Of a stretch of 64,000 bases of DNA, positions 13,900 through 24,831 are shown one piece after another. The notes under the pieces are model-generated. The model saw nothing but the letters and a program-made list of their open reading frames with translations. It was not told the origin of the DNA and did not search any database. This DNA is from Lingula anatina (Eukaryota; Animalia; Brachiopoda), in assembly GCA_051362555.1 (NCBI GenBank), contig CM120644.1:21412534-21476533 (forward strand), in the 5' to 3' direction. Position numbers and translations under genes: made by a program. Position 1 is the stretch's first letter; every line of letters begins with the position of its first letter.

Positions 13900-14280
13900 G
13901 AAGTATAGGGTATCTGGATCCTAGGTCTTGACGAAGTGTGCTGGAAGTTCAACAGCTCTGGCATTCAAATACAGCTTCCATTTCGATCAAAAGGTTTGAT
14001 ATTTCTGGGAAAGCATCTTTTCCTCAATTGTCTAGATCATCCTGATGGAAATTTATCTGTGTAGTCTGTTGATAAATTATAAGACTAAACTTTTTACTGT
14101 CTACTAGAACACTAAATCAAAGCTGCACCTGTTTTAAGAGTACAATGTGGTGTGAAACAGACATTCACCCATATGGGGACAGTATTAAAACTGAGACACT
14201 AATTTCAACTTCTTAGTAACACACACACACACACACACACTGAGGAAGGTCCCGGTGTGACCAAAAGGTTTGCTGGGCAT
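13900..14280 (+). mobile_element. Degenerate Penelope-like retroelement 3' end (GIY-YIG C-terminal relic plus hammerhead-like motif)
   Basis: Broken translation GKH..LNCLDHPDGNLSV...IHPYG, followed by (CA)n and CTGAGGA-AGGTC-CCGGTGT-GACC-AAAA (14240-14266). This resembles the CUGAnGA/stem II/GAAA hammerhead core of PLE termini. Confidence 0.45.
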
Positions 14281-14342
14281 AGCTTTAATTTAGTGTAGAA
14301 AGTGAAAAGTTTAATCTTATAACTTATTTAGATTATGCTGGT

Positions 14343-14452
14343 TATATAAAGTCAAGATGTTACTGCCTCTGTCACTGTTTTGCAGACTCAGTAATACGTA
14401 TGTAGACGATTGAAGATGTTATTTTGATTCATAATTATTTTTCTATATTTAG
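14343..14452 (+). promoter_or_regulatory. TATA box, initiator and probable short 5'UTR exon/intron of the cysteine-rich peptide gene
   Basis: TATATAAA at 14343-14350 and an Inr-like TCACTG about 30 nt downstream (14372). Donor GT at 14391 or 14398, and a pyrimidine-rich acceptor TTTTCTATATTTAG ending at 14452, 21 nt before the ATG. Confidence 0.6.
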
Positions 14453-14473
14453 AGCTATTAAATCTGAAAAGCA

Positions 14474-14631
14474 ATGAAAATTGCACTAGTTGTCGCTGCA
14501 TCGTTACTGGTGGTGTATTTGGTGGAAGCCACCAGTGAGAGATCAGGGAACGAAGTTCACTCTGTCCAGAAACGGTCTTCTCTCATGAAAGGTCTTGCTC
14601 GAGAAAGAGCATGCGGTTCCACTACCTGCAA
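14474..14631 (+). CDS. Secreted cysteine-rich prepropeptide, coding exon 1 (signal peptide, propeptide, first two Cys)
   Basis: MKIALVVAASLLVVYLVEA is a typical signal peptide. The propeptide has KR and RER basic sites. Phase-2 donor AA|GTACGT at 14632. Confidence 0.9.
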
Positions 14632-15045
14632 GTACGTATATCGGTATTTTTGGTATTGACTATAAAATAGCCAATTGAGAATAAAATATTCTGATTGTAA
14701 GATATTTTTTACATTTGTCGGGTGTTTATCAGTTATTTTTATTTGCTTTAGTATTATTTACAACGCGTAGTCCATTCAAATTTCTTAATATTATAGCTAC
14801 CCTTACACTGTTTATTGTGCCCCTCTCTGCAAGGAAAGTTCCGGAAAAATGATATTAAGTAACTTTATTAAAGGCTTAGAGTGCACGTTGGGCCTATATA
14901 TATAGCAAATAAATGAATGAAAATAAATAAAGACATAAATAAATGAATGACTTCCAGGTTGCTTGACGGGACCCGGAGACGTAACAGCCATCTTTATATT
15001 GGTACCCAGAACAAATAAACTGTTCAATGTATTTTCTACTTTCAG

Positions 15046-15256
15046 GGTGTCGGGCTGTGAGACCGGGGGTGGCTGGTGGTTTGTGTCGAATTCTGCGGGA
15101 TGGAACATCCGGGGCTCTGACCGCGGTTGCTGTGGCAACTACAGTGGCTGCTGCAAGCATGCTTCTGACGCGTGCTATGTACACGACTACACGTGTCGCT
15201 GTTGTATACCTAGCGTGTTTTGTGGACCCCAGTGTCAAGAAGAACCAGGCTGTTGA
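15046..15256 (+). CDS. Secreted cysteine-rich prepropeptide, coding exon 2 (toxin/defence-peptide-like, contains CxxHDxxC)
   Basis: Acceptor TTTTCTACTTTCAG ends at 15045 and its phase matches the donor (AA+G = Lys). The exon reads VSGCETGGGWWFVSNSAGWNIRGSDRGCCGNYSGCCKHASDACYVHDYTCRCCIPSVFCGPQCQEEPGC*. The spliced product is 122 aa with 14 Cys. Confidence 0.9.
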
Positions 15257-15539
15257 CATATATTATTACTTGAAACAAGCTCACATTTACCAGGCAATTC
15301 CCGGTCTTTTATTATCTAAAGGCTCCTAGGCATTGCTGACATTGGAAACGGTTCCTATTGAGATTGTGGTACTGTAGATTTTTCATTATATGGTATAAAC
15401 TTTGTGGAATCTACCTTCTGCATGGGCTTCTGAAAATGAAATGACTACATAAATGCAAGATCGCCGCCAAGATTGTAAATGAACTCACGTTAGATTAACA
15501 GTTTCAACGGTCATCATATATCATTATATGCATTACAAT

Positions 15540-15550
15540 AATAAAATAAA
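15540..15550 (+). terminator. Polyadenylation signal(s) of the peptide gene
   Basis: Overlapping AATAAAATAAA about 285 nt after the stop codon. Confidence 0.55.
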
Positions 15551-16155
15551 ACGAAGTTTGCCCGTAGATAATGCTTCATTGTGTTCTCTGACAAGTACCC
15601 GTGTATGGTATCATTGCTCCCTGCAAGATTTAAGCTCGAACATCAAATTATAAAGTACCCTGTATACAGAAAACTCCTGCCCTATACCAAGCAAATGTGT
15701 TAAGTAACAAAATATCTTCGTAAGGACTGCTATGCATCGCAGTCAAATTGAGCTCAACACCGAGAAATACTATCTATTTTGACCAAGATAAATTAATATG
15801 CAGTAGTTCTCAGATAAATGGCAAACATGATAAAATTAATAAACCACAATATATTAATTTCAAGTATAAAATTTACAGAATGTTCATTACACTTGACAAC
15901 TCATAATTTTAAAAAAGTTTATAAATAAGGATTGATAAGATATGTATTTACAAAAACGCCTAATTCGGAAGATAAAGTAAACTTTGTATCAAGGTAATTA
16001 ACAGTGCGTCCATTTTAATAGATGTATTGGCCATGTTTTATAAATAATGAGAAATGACCAGTTATTTTAAGACCAGTTCTTAAAAGACTGACAGTTACAT
16101 TTTTTCAGTGGATCACTACAACAAATGTATATGAAGGCATGCAGGTGATTGTAAC

Positions 16156-16321
16156 CTGTGTAACAGGAACGGTAATCCTAGGAATGAAAATCCGAGGTCC
16201 CATATGATTAGTACAGGGTAGGGTTAGTTGGAGAATTAGGGTTAGTATACGAATGTCACCTGTACAAAGTAATGGGAAGCTGACTGCAGTTTCTAGCGGA
16301 CTGCCATTTCTGTTACACCGG
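16156..16321. mobile_element. MITE with internal telomere-like TTAGGG motifs
   Basis: TIRs CCTGTGTAACAGGAACGGTAATCC and GGACTGCCATTTCTGTTACACCGG, with AGGGTAGGGTTAG...TTAGGGTTAG inside. Confidence 0.6.
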
Positions 16322-16664
16322 CCTGGATTTAAGTTACCTGCCTACATTTAAACGAACATCTGCTCTTTTTGGCCAAAAACATAATTTCCTTGGGTAAAAG
16401 ACGATTTTTCCCATACTTTCGATGACATATTGACCTGTAAGACCAACACAAAGTACCAATTAAGCCGGGGGTAGAGTAGGTACAGGGGAGTTAACTAGGG
16501 GTGTTACACCCACGGTTGCCCTTTCTGACGAGTTTCGCTATTCATGCAGCCCACCCGTGGAGACAGTGCTGTAGTTTTGCTTGTTAGGTGTAGGCCTAAT
16601 TCATCTTCTTTGTCATTTTATATATTCAGATCTTAACCACACTGACATTTGGGACAATACATGT

Positions 16665-16890
16665 CAGGGGCGGATCCAGGATTATTTGAAGGGGGGGGGG
16701 GGGGGGGGGGGGGGTCCGCGGATGCGAAGCCGACCCCCCCCCCCCCTTGGCGTGGGACTCGGCGCCCGATGAAAAGCCACGAAAAATATTGGTATTTTAG
16801 AGGGCAAACGGTGCCATTTGGTACGGTTTAGAACTATGATTAAGCTAGTCAAATTTCTAATTTCAAGAGGGGACCAGAAATCGAAAGGGG
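16665..16890 (+). mobile_element. CAGGGGCGGATCCAGG-family MITE fragment with poly-G/poly-C tracts
   Basis: Begins CAGGGGCGGATCCAGG and is homologous to 9445-9637 and 10378-10480. Confidence 0.75.
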
Positions 16891-18411
16891 GAAATTTTTC
16901 TAATGTAAGAATAGTATGAAGTTATCGAGAGCAGTTTGTGGTCATTTTATTTCGAATTAATTTAGACACCCACTTTGGATTGATGTGCCTTCCAGAGCAG
17001 AAGCCAGAAGAAAAATCCTCCAAGGCACCATCATTTACACAGACACGGAGTATGTCTTCAGGGATCTGATTGACAGATTAGTCTGGTAGGCGACACCACA
17101 TTATGAGATGTGATCATGCGTACATTTAATTTTTTTCAATGAAATCTCCAGGATAGCTCTAACCCATTGTAGCATAGTTTTGTTTAATGCACTTTTTTTG
17201 ATGAATTGCTTTATACTTCGTAAAACTCTTCCGTGGTCAGTTGTATTACCCCCCAACGTGGCTCACATTGAACTGTTTATTCAGATTGAATGAACTATTT
17301 TTTATCTATTTCATTTCAGAAACGTGGACCAAAGAATTAGCAGCATGACTGGCCTTTTAAGTCATCAGAACGAATATCCTCGATATTTTGTCTTCCTGCA
17401 ATTTTGGTTGCTGTGAAAGCTCCTAACAATTTTATTTAACTTATTTTTCTATATCTTGGAATTTTATTTAAAATTATTTAGTTATTTTGTATCATATTAA
17501 TATGTTATTAACTACTACATTTATTTATTTATTTGATTATTTATCTACTATAATTATACTTTCGTTTATTTGAATTTAGTTGGCTCTCTGACTATTACGT
17601 GAATGAGTTTCCAACTCATATGGTCGCCTCCCAAATTTTAGATATTGCTCAGGCAAAAATAAATAAAGAAAAAAATTCTGATTTTACTATTCGTCTCTTC
17701 GTTCAATCAATGTATTAATCAAACCAAAAGTCAGCAATTCTGTTTGTAATGGTAAAAGCTTAGATCTATGTTTTCCGCAAACATTCACTAAAACTTGCTC
17801 TACTGAGACTTGTCTTGACCAAACATCTTCACCGCTTCGTCATGACAGGAAGTGTTGGCTGAAGAACAGCTGACCGCAAACAGCAGCGTCCGCAATATTG
17901 ACAATAGCTAGGAGACTGCAGTAAACCACCAGCTGCTTCAATACTTCCCTCAAGTGTTATGTTTTAATTTGAAGTAGCTGACTCTTTGAAACAAACTGTT
18001 TACTCTACTACAGATTTATTCGGATGCATGTCTTTACTCGGAACCACGTGTCGATTTCACTTAATGAAATATTTAAGATAGAACGTCTGTCATAATCAAT
18101 AGAAATAATCATTCAAATCCAAGTTTTCCCTTTCTCTTTCAATATGCAACTTATTTATCTATTGTTTCTGTCGGTTTCATGTAGATTAAATTAATTTTAT
18201 ATGCTTAAAATAACAGTAGTATCTGGTTTAAAGACAATAGTACTTGGTTAATACAACTGTCTTAAAAAATGTATCGAAAAACTATATTGAAAATTGTTCA
18301 TTTTCTGAATTTTCGACAATGTTTGATAAATCCGATACCGATAGTGCTTGGAGTACCGAGCGAGACTTTGCAATGACACGGTGAATCTACTGCAGATTTA
18401 TTTATATTAAA

Positions 18412-18460
18412 AACTAGAAAAGCACTCCGAGAGTGCAGACCTCCGCCAAGGCAGCAAAGT
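18412..18460 (-). mobile_element. 3' end of a Helentron/HINE-like repeat
   Basis: AACTAGAAAAGCACTCCGAGAGTGCAGACCTCCGCCAAGGC is the reverse complement of the end of the copy at 52339-52577. Confidence 0.65.
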
Positions 18461-18676
18461 CTCCACCCAATGCCGTTTCACCCCTAAATTTTAATTCTGT
18501 AATAACTAGGATCCTTCGGTTGATCCTTGGGGCTCTTGCTTTTTAATTTGCAGATATTTTTCTCTTGTAAAAATTACTGATAACAAACTAAACTCAGACT
18601 TTTAAGAGAAGGTATCGTTCTCCTCGGAAACTAATAATGTCCCCCTGGCCAATGGGGCTATGGGCTCATACCCATT

Positions 18677-18854
18677 GTAAATATCGGTCTACGTAAATCG
18701 ATCCAACTCACTTTGAATGCCATCAATTTAATAGACTATGGAATAATAGGGTAACTTACTTAAGATTAACACACATCTTCCTGGGTTGGAAAGAACACAG
18801 AAGATTGGTGATTATACGTTGGAAAAAGGAGGAAGTGTGTAGACCGATATTTAC
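18677..18854. mobile_element. MITE-like element with a perfect 16-bp inverted repeat
   Basis: GTAAATATCGGTCTAC (18677-18692) and GTAGACCGATATTTAC (18839-18854). Confidence 0.55.
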
Positions 18855-19020
18855 CTCCGTCAAGGAGTTTGTTTCCACCCTTGTTTGGCTGTTTGATTGT
18901 CATCAACATAACTCAAAAAGTTATAGACCGTTTTTGATGAAATTTTCAGGAACTGTCAGAAGTGGGTCAAGGAAGAGATGATTTGTTTTTGGTGGTGATC
19001 CGGATCAATAATCAATCAAT
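18851..19020 (+). mobile_element. 5' part of a Helentron/HINE-like repeat
   Basis: TTACCTCCGTCAAGGAG...AACTCAAAAAGTTAT...TGAAATTTTCAGG...TTTTGGTGGTGATCCGGATCA, homologous to 52339-52510. Confidence 0.7.
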
Positions 19021-19606
19021 AATTTCAATTGTAATGAGCTATAAAACTTCGTCTGCGCTGTACTTACAACAGATAGCTCCCGCTAAATATGAGGGCCGAT
19101 TGTGGAAATAGCAGCACTGTGGCTTCTTTCACTGACCTTGGTCCAAACTGAACACCTCTCACCACAAGTACGTGTAATTTACAGTACGTTATTTATTGCC
19201 CACCCTTTGTTCGTACGGAAGCCTCGATTAAAGTTTTTTTTTTTTTTGTTATTAACGGCAACAACGCATGTCCATTTTGTGGTTTTATGTAACTTTATAA
19301 ACAACTCGGAATAAAACAATGGAACAATATACAAAGAATTCAATTTAGACATGAATCTTACTATTTACCAAACAGGGACACTCAGTTAATTCAAAGTAAA
19401 ACATAATATAGTTTGGTTAATACCGACTGTTTTGGATTATTCCCCCTAAGACACCCCCCCCCCCCATCCAGGGAAAGAAGATACGCGGCTTTTAAACTAT
19501 CTATTTGAGGCATTTATACATTCATTGAATACTTTACTGAATATAAGAAAAGGGACTGAATGAAAAAACAAAAACTTTAAGGATTGGCTATTAATTATAA
19601 AATTTA

Positions 19607-22600
19607 AACAAGGCAGCAAAGCTGTCAAATGTACAGACAAAAAAGAGGAAATAACTATGCACAAAATAGGCTACTGTCAATTCTGATGCAAAAGTACATT
19701 CCTTAAAATGTGTTTAGGGTGTTGCATATATGCTGAAAAGTGAAAAAACAGCATAACTTCTACAATAATGGCCCGATCATGCTGATTTTCGAACTTGACC
19801 TGCGTTTTATGAATATTCATCAGCTCTGTAAATATTAAGCCAAAAAGTAAAACTGCCCTCCACTTATCGTGTTTACAATGAAAGTGCACGGCGTCGGCGA
19901 CAGCGACAGTGACGGCGACTACAGACACAGGTGATGGCAATATGTACAGACACATCTGTACATATTTACTGTACTGTTTGAGAACAGTAAGTGACATGGT
20001 TTCTCTTAAATGGTCATCATGGGAGCAGTGCCCAAAATAGGGTTTTTTCAAATTTTGATGCAATAATACATAATGTTTAACAGCATAATGACCATCAATT
20101 TTTAATAATTAAATATTAGTATCATGGATATTCAGAAAATGTGACTAGCAAAGGTCTTCAGGCCCATGGAACTTCAAAGTCACAACTTGAAAATGCCAAA
20201 ATGTAAACAAGACAGCACTGTTCTGAAATGTTTTTTTTTTTTTTTTTCATTTTCAACAATTTTTTTAAACATAAAACAAAATTAACAGGTTACTGCCATT
20301 TTTATACGATCAACTGAGAAAATTGATGAGATGGGAAAAATATCAATAGAATAGTGTTTAATGTCCAATTTCCTCCATTCTAAGATTCTGAACATAGTGA
20401 ATGATTGAATCTGACAAACTGCAATGATATGAGTTTATTTCCATTTTTGACACTTTATTACACAATACACGATAACAAGTTTACCATCATTTTTACATAA
20501 TCAACTAACAATGTTGTAAAGATGCAGGAAATGTCAAACAAACACTTTTACATGTCTTATTAGTTAAATAATGAAACTGTTAACATGCCTAAGAATTGAA
20601 TCTGAGGAAATGTGAAACAAGACAGCTCTGTTCTGACATGGGTTTATTTCCATTTTTAACACTTTTTTTAACATAAAACAAAATAAACAGTTTACTGCAA
20701 TTTTTATATGATCAACTAAGAAAATTGATGAGATGGGAAAAATATCAATAGAATAGTGTTTAATGTCCAATTTCCTCCATTCTGAGATTCTGAACATAGT
20801 GAATGATTGAATCTGACAAACTGCAATGATATGAGTTTATTTCCATTTTTGACACTTTATTACACAATACACGCTAACAAGTTTACCATCATTTTTACAC
20901 AATCAACTAACAATATTGTAAAGATGCAGGAAATGTCAAACAAACACTTTTACGTATCTTATTACTTCAGTAATGAGACTGTTAACATTGCCTAAGAGTT
21001 GAATCTGAGGCAATGTGAAAAAACAGCTTACGGTAAAGTGCCATGAATTTCGAACGGCTCTTGAATTTCGAACGATCTTAAAATCGGCCGTCTGGAGTTT
21101 TTTCTGGACCATGAATTTCGGCCAGTAAGCAATTTTGCGCGATCTTGATTTCGTGAATTTCGTACACCTTAAAATCGGCCACCGGGCTATTTTCGCGCTT
21201 ATGAAGATCTAACAGTCGGCAATGTTGCCCTAGCGTACCTTTACCTGAGTACTACGTGTGCGGCCCAAGGTGCAAGATAACGATCGGTACAGTTGGTTTA
21301 GGACGCTAATCAACATCGTCATATCCATTCATCCAGATAACAGGAGAATCTATTAAGAGTTGTACTGTCGGGCTGTTGTTTCTTTACCTTAGTATTCGGT
21401 GTGAGATAGCGATCGGTAGTTTTGCTGAGGCGCACAATAGCATTGTTAACAGTAGAGACTTCAGTAACAGAACAAAAGAGCAATATTAAGAGCTGCAGTA
21501 AAGATTACCATTATTGATTTCTTGTCTCGCTCAGATCGTTCACGATCTCCCGCTGACGATCTTCCGCTAATGAAGTCCCTTGAAATTTACCAAATGAAAT
21601 GAAAAATATTTATAAAAATTATAAATTCCAGTGGGGAGGGAAGGTTAAAAACAATCGAGAACGATCTCCGGCTGACGATCTTCCGCAAATGAAAGCCACT
21701 GAACGAGTATGAACTTTCTCGTTTCACTCGGATTGCGACGCTGACGATACGAAAATTGCGTTTTCGTCTCGCCCTTGACTTACGAAGTCTCTTTAACAAA
21801 TGTGAAAATTGCCTCCTGGTCTCTCTCGGATTGCGAACGATCTCTCGCTGAAAATTTGAAATTTTCCTTTTTGTCAGTCAGCTTTGTCAGTTGCCGTGAC
21901 AAGGTCCGGAAGGTGTCCCCTTTCACAAATTGGCCTGTAGTTTGCTTAGTGTTTTGTACCGCATGAAGGTCACTCTTGTGACTGCTGCATACGGCGTGGA
22001 ATGTGTATCTTAAAGTTCATAGAAACATTTTATTGTGTTTTGTAAGCTTTAGGAAGTAGTTTCGTCGTCACTGAATATCAGCGTATACACTACAAAGTAG
22101 TACCATTCATCTGTGACGCATCATAAAAGCTAGGTACGTCAAATTACTCTAAGAAAATGTCTTACAACGTCCACGGCTGTCCCGACAAGCCAAGACGTCA
22201 TTTTAAAAAGTCGCAAGCCGTCTAGCCGTCTTTGAAAATATAGGCCGTCCGGTGATGTCAGCGGCCGTCCAAATGACGGCTGGACGGTTCGCTGGGAAAA
22301 GCCTTGCTCATAAGGGCATATTTATTTAACTAGGGGCTTACTGACATCACCCAGCTTACATGCAGGTGCATGCATCCCAAAATTATATTAAAGGATAAAA
22401 TTGTAATATATCTAAGTTTAATTGTTTGTAAATTTTGTAAAAATTGCCCATGCCAACCCGTTAGTTTGGAGGGTTAAGCTGGATCAAGTCCGTGTCAAAA
22501 TTCTTTGAAGCTTTGCGGGAAAAATCAATCTTTTTTTGTTTCTCTGGCTCCTTGTTTAGCCCGATGATCAGATTTATCTAGTGCCCCCAGGTCTGCTGGA

Positions 22601-24831
22601 GCAGCTCTTTGAAAATAACACACAGGTAGATTTTTATCTGAGATAAATATCGCGTTCGATACACTCAAGACAAAAGCTACCTGTGAGCTGAAGGGCACTT
22701 TACCCTCTAATTAAGAGGTAAAGCAAGTTCCAGCTAGATGGACGATTAAGATCGGACTTCAGATTTTAACTAGTATTGTTTACCTCAGTTTTTGAAAGCA
22801 AACGAGAAGGGTGTCAGAACAATGGTGCATATATAAATTATACAGAGAATTTGTACATTCAAGTGACGTTAACTTATAATCGAAGGGGATTTTCGATAAT
22901 ATTCCTTGAAAAGTACACTAGATTTATAGAGAATAATATCATTGTTGGCCAAAAAACTATATACGCAGTGTATCCGTGCGTATGCCTGGTTACGCCCCTG
23001 TCGCAAACCATATCCTGCTGACTACATGAAAATTGCTTTCTAGCATGGACAAAAAGTCCAAGCTTCTATGCTTGCTCGGATCGCTGACGATCTCTTGCTG
23101 ACGAATACAGTAACGAAGTCCCTTGAACTAGTGTGGAAATTGGCTTATTGTCGCGCTCAGATCGCTCACTATCTCCCATTGACGATCTTCCAGTTCCTTG
23201 AACGAATATAAAAACTGCCTTTTCGGTTTACTCTAGATTACCTATCTCTCGCGTTTGTTTGAAGATGGTTTCAATGACAAAACGTACACGCTTTTCAAAT
23301 GCGTACATTGGCGCAACAATGCGCCAGGAAATCAGTTGCTGCTGCTGGTCAAGATTGGGTTGCCTGAGCGAAAAAAAAAAAAAAAAAAACGGCCCTGCAA
23401 CCCCCCCCCCCCCCCTCCCCAAATCTAGTATATTTGATCGCAGACAACAATCAGCGGTCATCTTGGTCGCAGCGCACGACGGAGAGAGACCGTAATACAC
23501 AGTTCGGCTGCCGTGGCGAAAGGCTACCTGTGCGCCGCACATACCGATCTGCGGTCGTAGTGGCCTCCCCGCACGGAGGAGAGAGGCCGTAGTGCCGAGG
23601 CCCGCTTCTGCAGGGAAGGCTACGTATGCGTCGGAGACACCGACCCGCGAACGGCGAGATGAGGACGCACTCGCGCGTAAAGCTCCGCCCGACTTAAACG
23701 GTAAAGGCAACGAACCTGGTCGCGGAAGACACTTATCGCAGATGAAGGCTACCTGCACGTGCGTCATAGACACCGATCGGCTGTCGTCTCGGTTTCAGAG
23801 CACGGAAAGGAGCAACGGTAACACTAAGCTTCCATAGTAAAGGTTATATGGCCGTGGCAGACGCTAATCGTCGGCCGTCTCTCCCTCCGTCCACTCCCGT
23901 TCTGAGCGCCAGGATCGTTTTTGAAAAACGACACTAGTTTCTGGCTGCCAGAATCGCTTTTGAAAAGCGACACTACTGATAACGATGCTGTTTTGCAGCC
24001 CTAGACAACAGTATCGCTCTATCTATGGGCCATACACAGTGATCCGGTGAAAGTACGTGTATCCCTTTGGTCGCAATTACCGACACTCACACATAAAACA
24101 TTATGGTAACTCTAAATAGATCGTCGGGAGAAGATAACAGAAGGCCTAGCGACGAACAGACAACTTCCGGTCAAAATTGACAGAATTCCATGAAATTCGA
24201 ACGTTTTGGATATTCTGAGCACCTCCATTTCATGAATTTCGGCCAGAACGATCTTTTCCCAAATTTAATTATTTTCTACTGTTCGAAATTCATGGCACAT
24301 TACCGTAACTTCTAAAATAATGCCCCGATTATGCTGATTTTCAAAATCAACCTGCGTTTTAGTAAGATTGACCACTCCTGTGAGTTTAATGACAATTGGC
24401 CCATCTGTTTTTCTTATATTGTGTTTACGGTGTTGCATATATGCTGAAAAATGAAAAAACAGCATAACTACTAAAATAGTAGATTTTCGAACTTGACCTG
24501 CGTTTTAGTAAGATTGATTACTTCTGTGAGTTTCATGACAACAGGCCTAACGGTTTGCCTTAAAATGTGTTTACAGGGTTGCATATATGCTGAAAAGTGA
24601 AAAAACAGCATAACTTATACAATAATGGCCCGAACATGCTGATTTTCGAACTTGACCTGCGTTTTATGAATATTCATCAGCTCTGTAAATATAAAGCCAA
24701 AAAGTAAAACTGCCCTCCACTTATCGTGTTTACAAGGAAAGTGCACGGCGCCGGCATCGGCGACGGCGACGGCGACGACAGACGCAGGTGATGGCAATAT
24801 GTACAGACACATCTGTGTCTGTACATAAAAA
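19607..24831. mobile_element. Non-autonomous Helentron-like element, interrupted by a TIR element at 21031-24305
   Basis: Starts AACAAGGCAGCAAAGCTGTCAAATGTACAGAC. Ends with a GACGGC microsatellite and the hairpin ATGTACAGACACATCTGTGTCTGTACAT-AAAAA. Contains a ~400-bp tandem duplication (20200-21020). Same family as 44779-46991. Confidence 0.75.
21031..24305. mobile_element. 3.3-kb non-autonomous Tc1/mariner-superfamily (pogo-like) TIR element
   Basis: TIRs CGGTAAAGTGCCATGAATTTCGAAC and GTTCGAAATTCATGGCACATTACCG, with TA duplicated (21029-30, 24306-07). The flanks rejoin to the host repeat motif AAACAGC(A/T)TAACTTC. Subterminal GAATTTCG repeats. No transposase found. Confidence 0.85.

Noticed and set aside
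14812-15329. Overlapping alternative ORFs around exon 2 (108, 121 and 100 aa)
   Set aside because: These are shadow frames. Only the Cys-rich frame is splice-compatible with the signal-peptide exon.
23228-23837. 181-aa and 81-aa ORFs in the GC-rich patch
   Set aside because: They cross poly-A/poly-C runs, show no recognisable domain, and are expected by chance at high GC.
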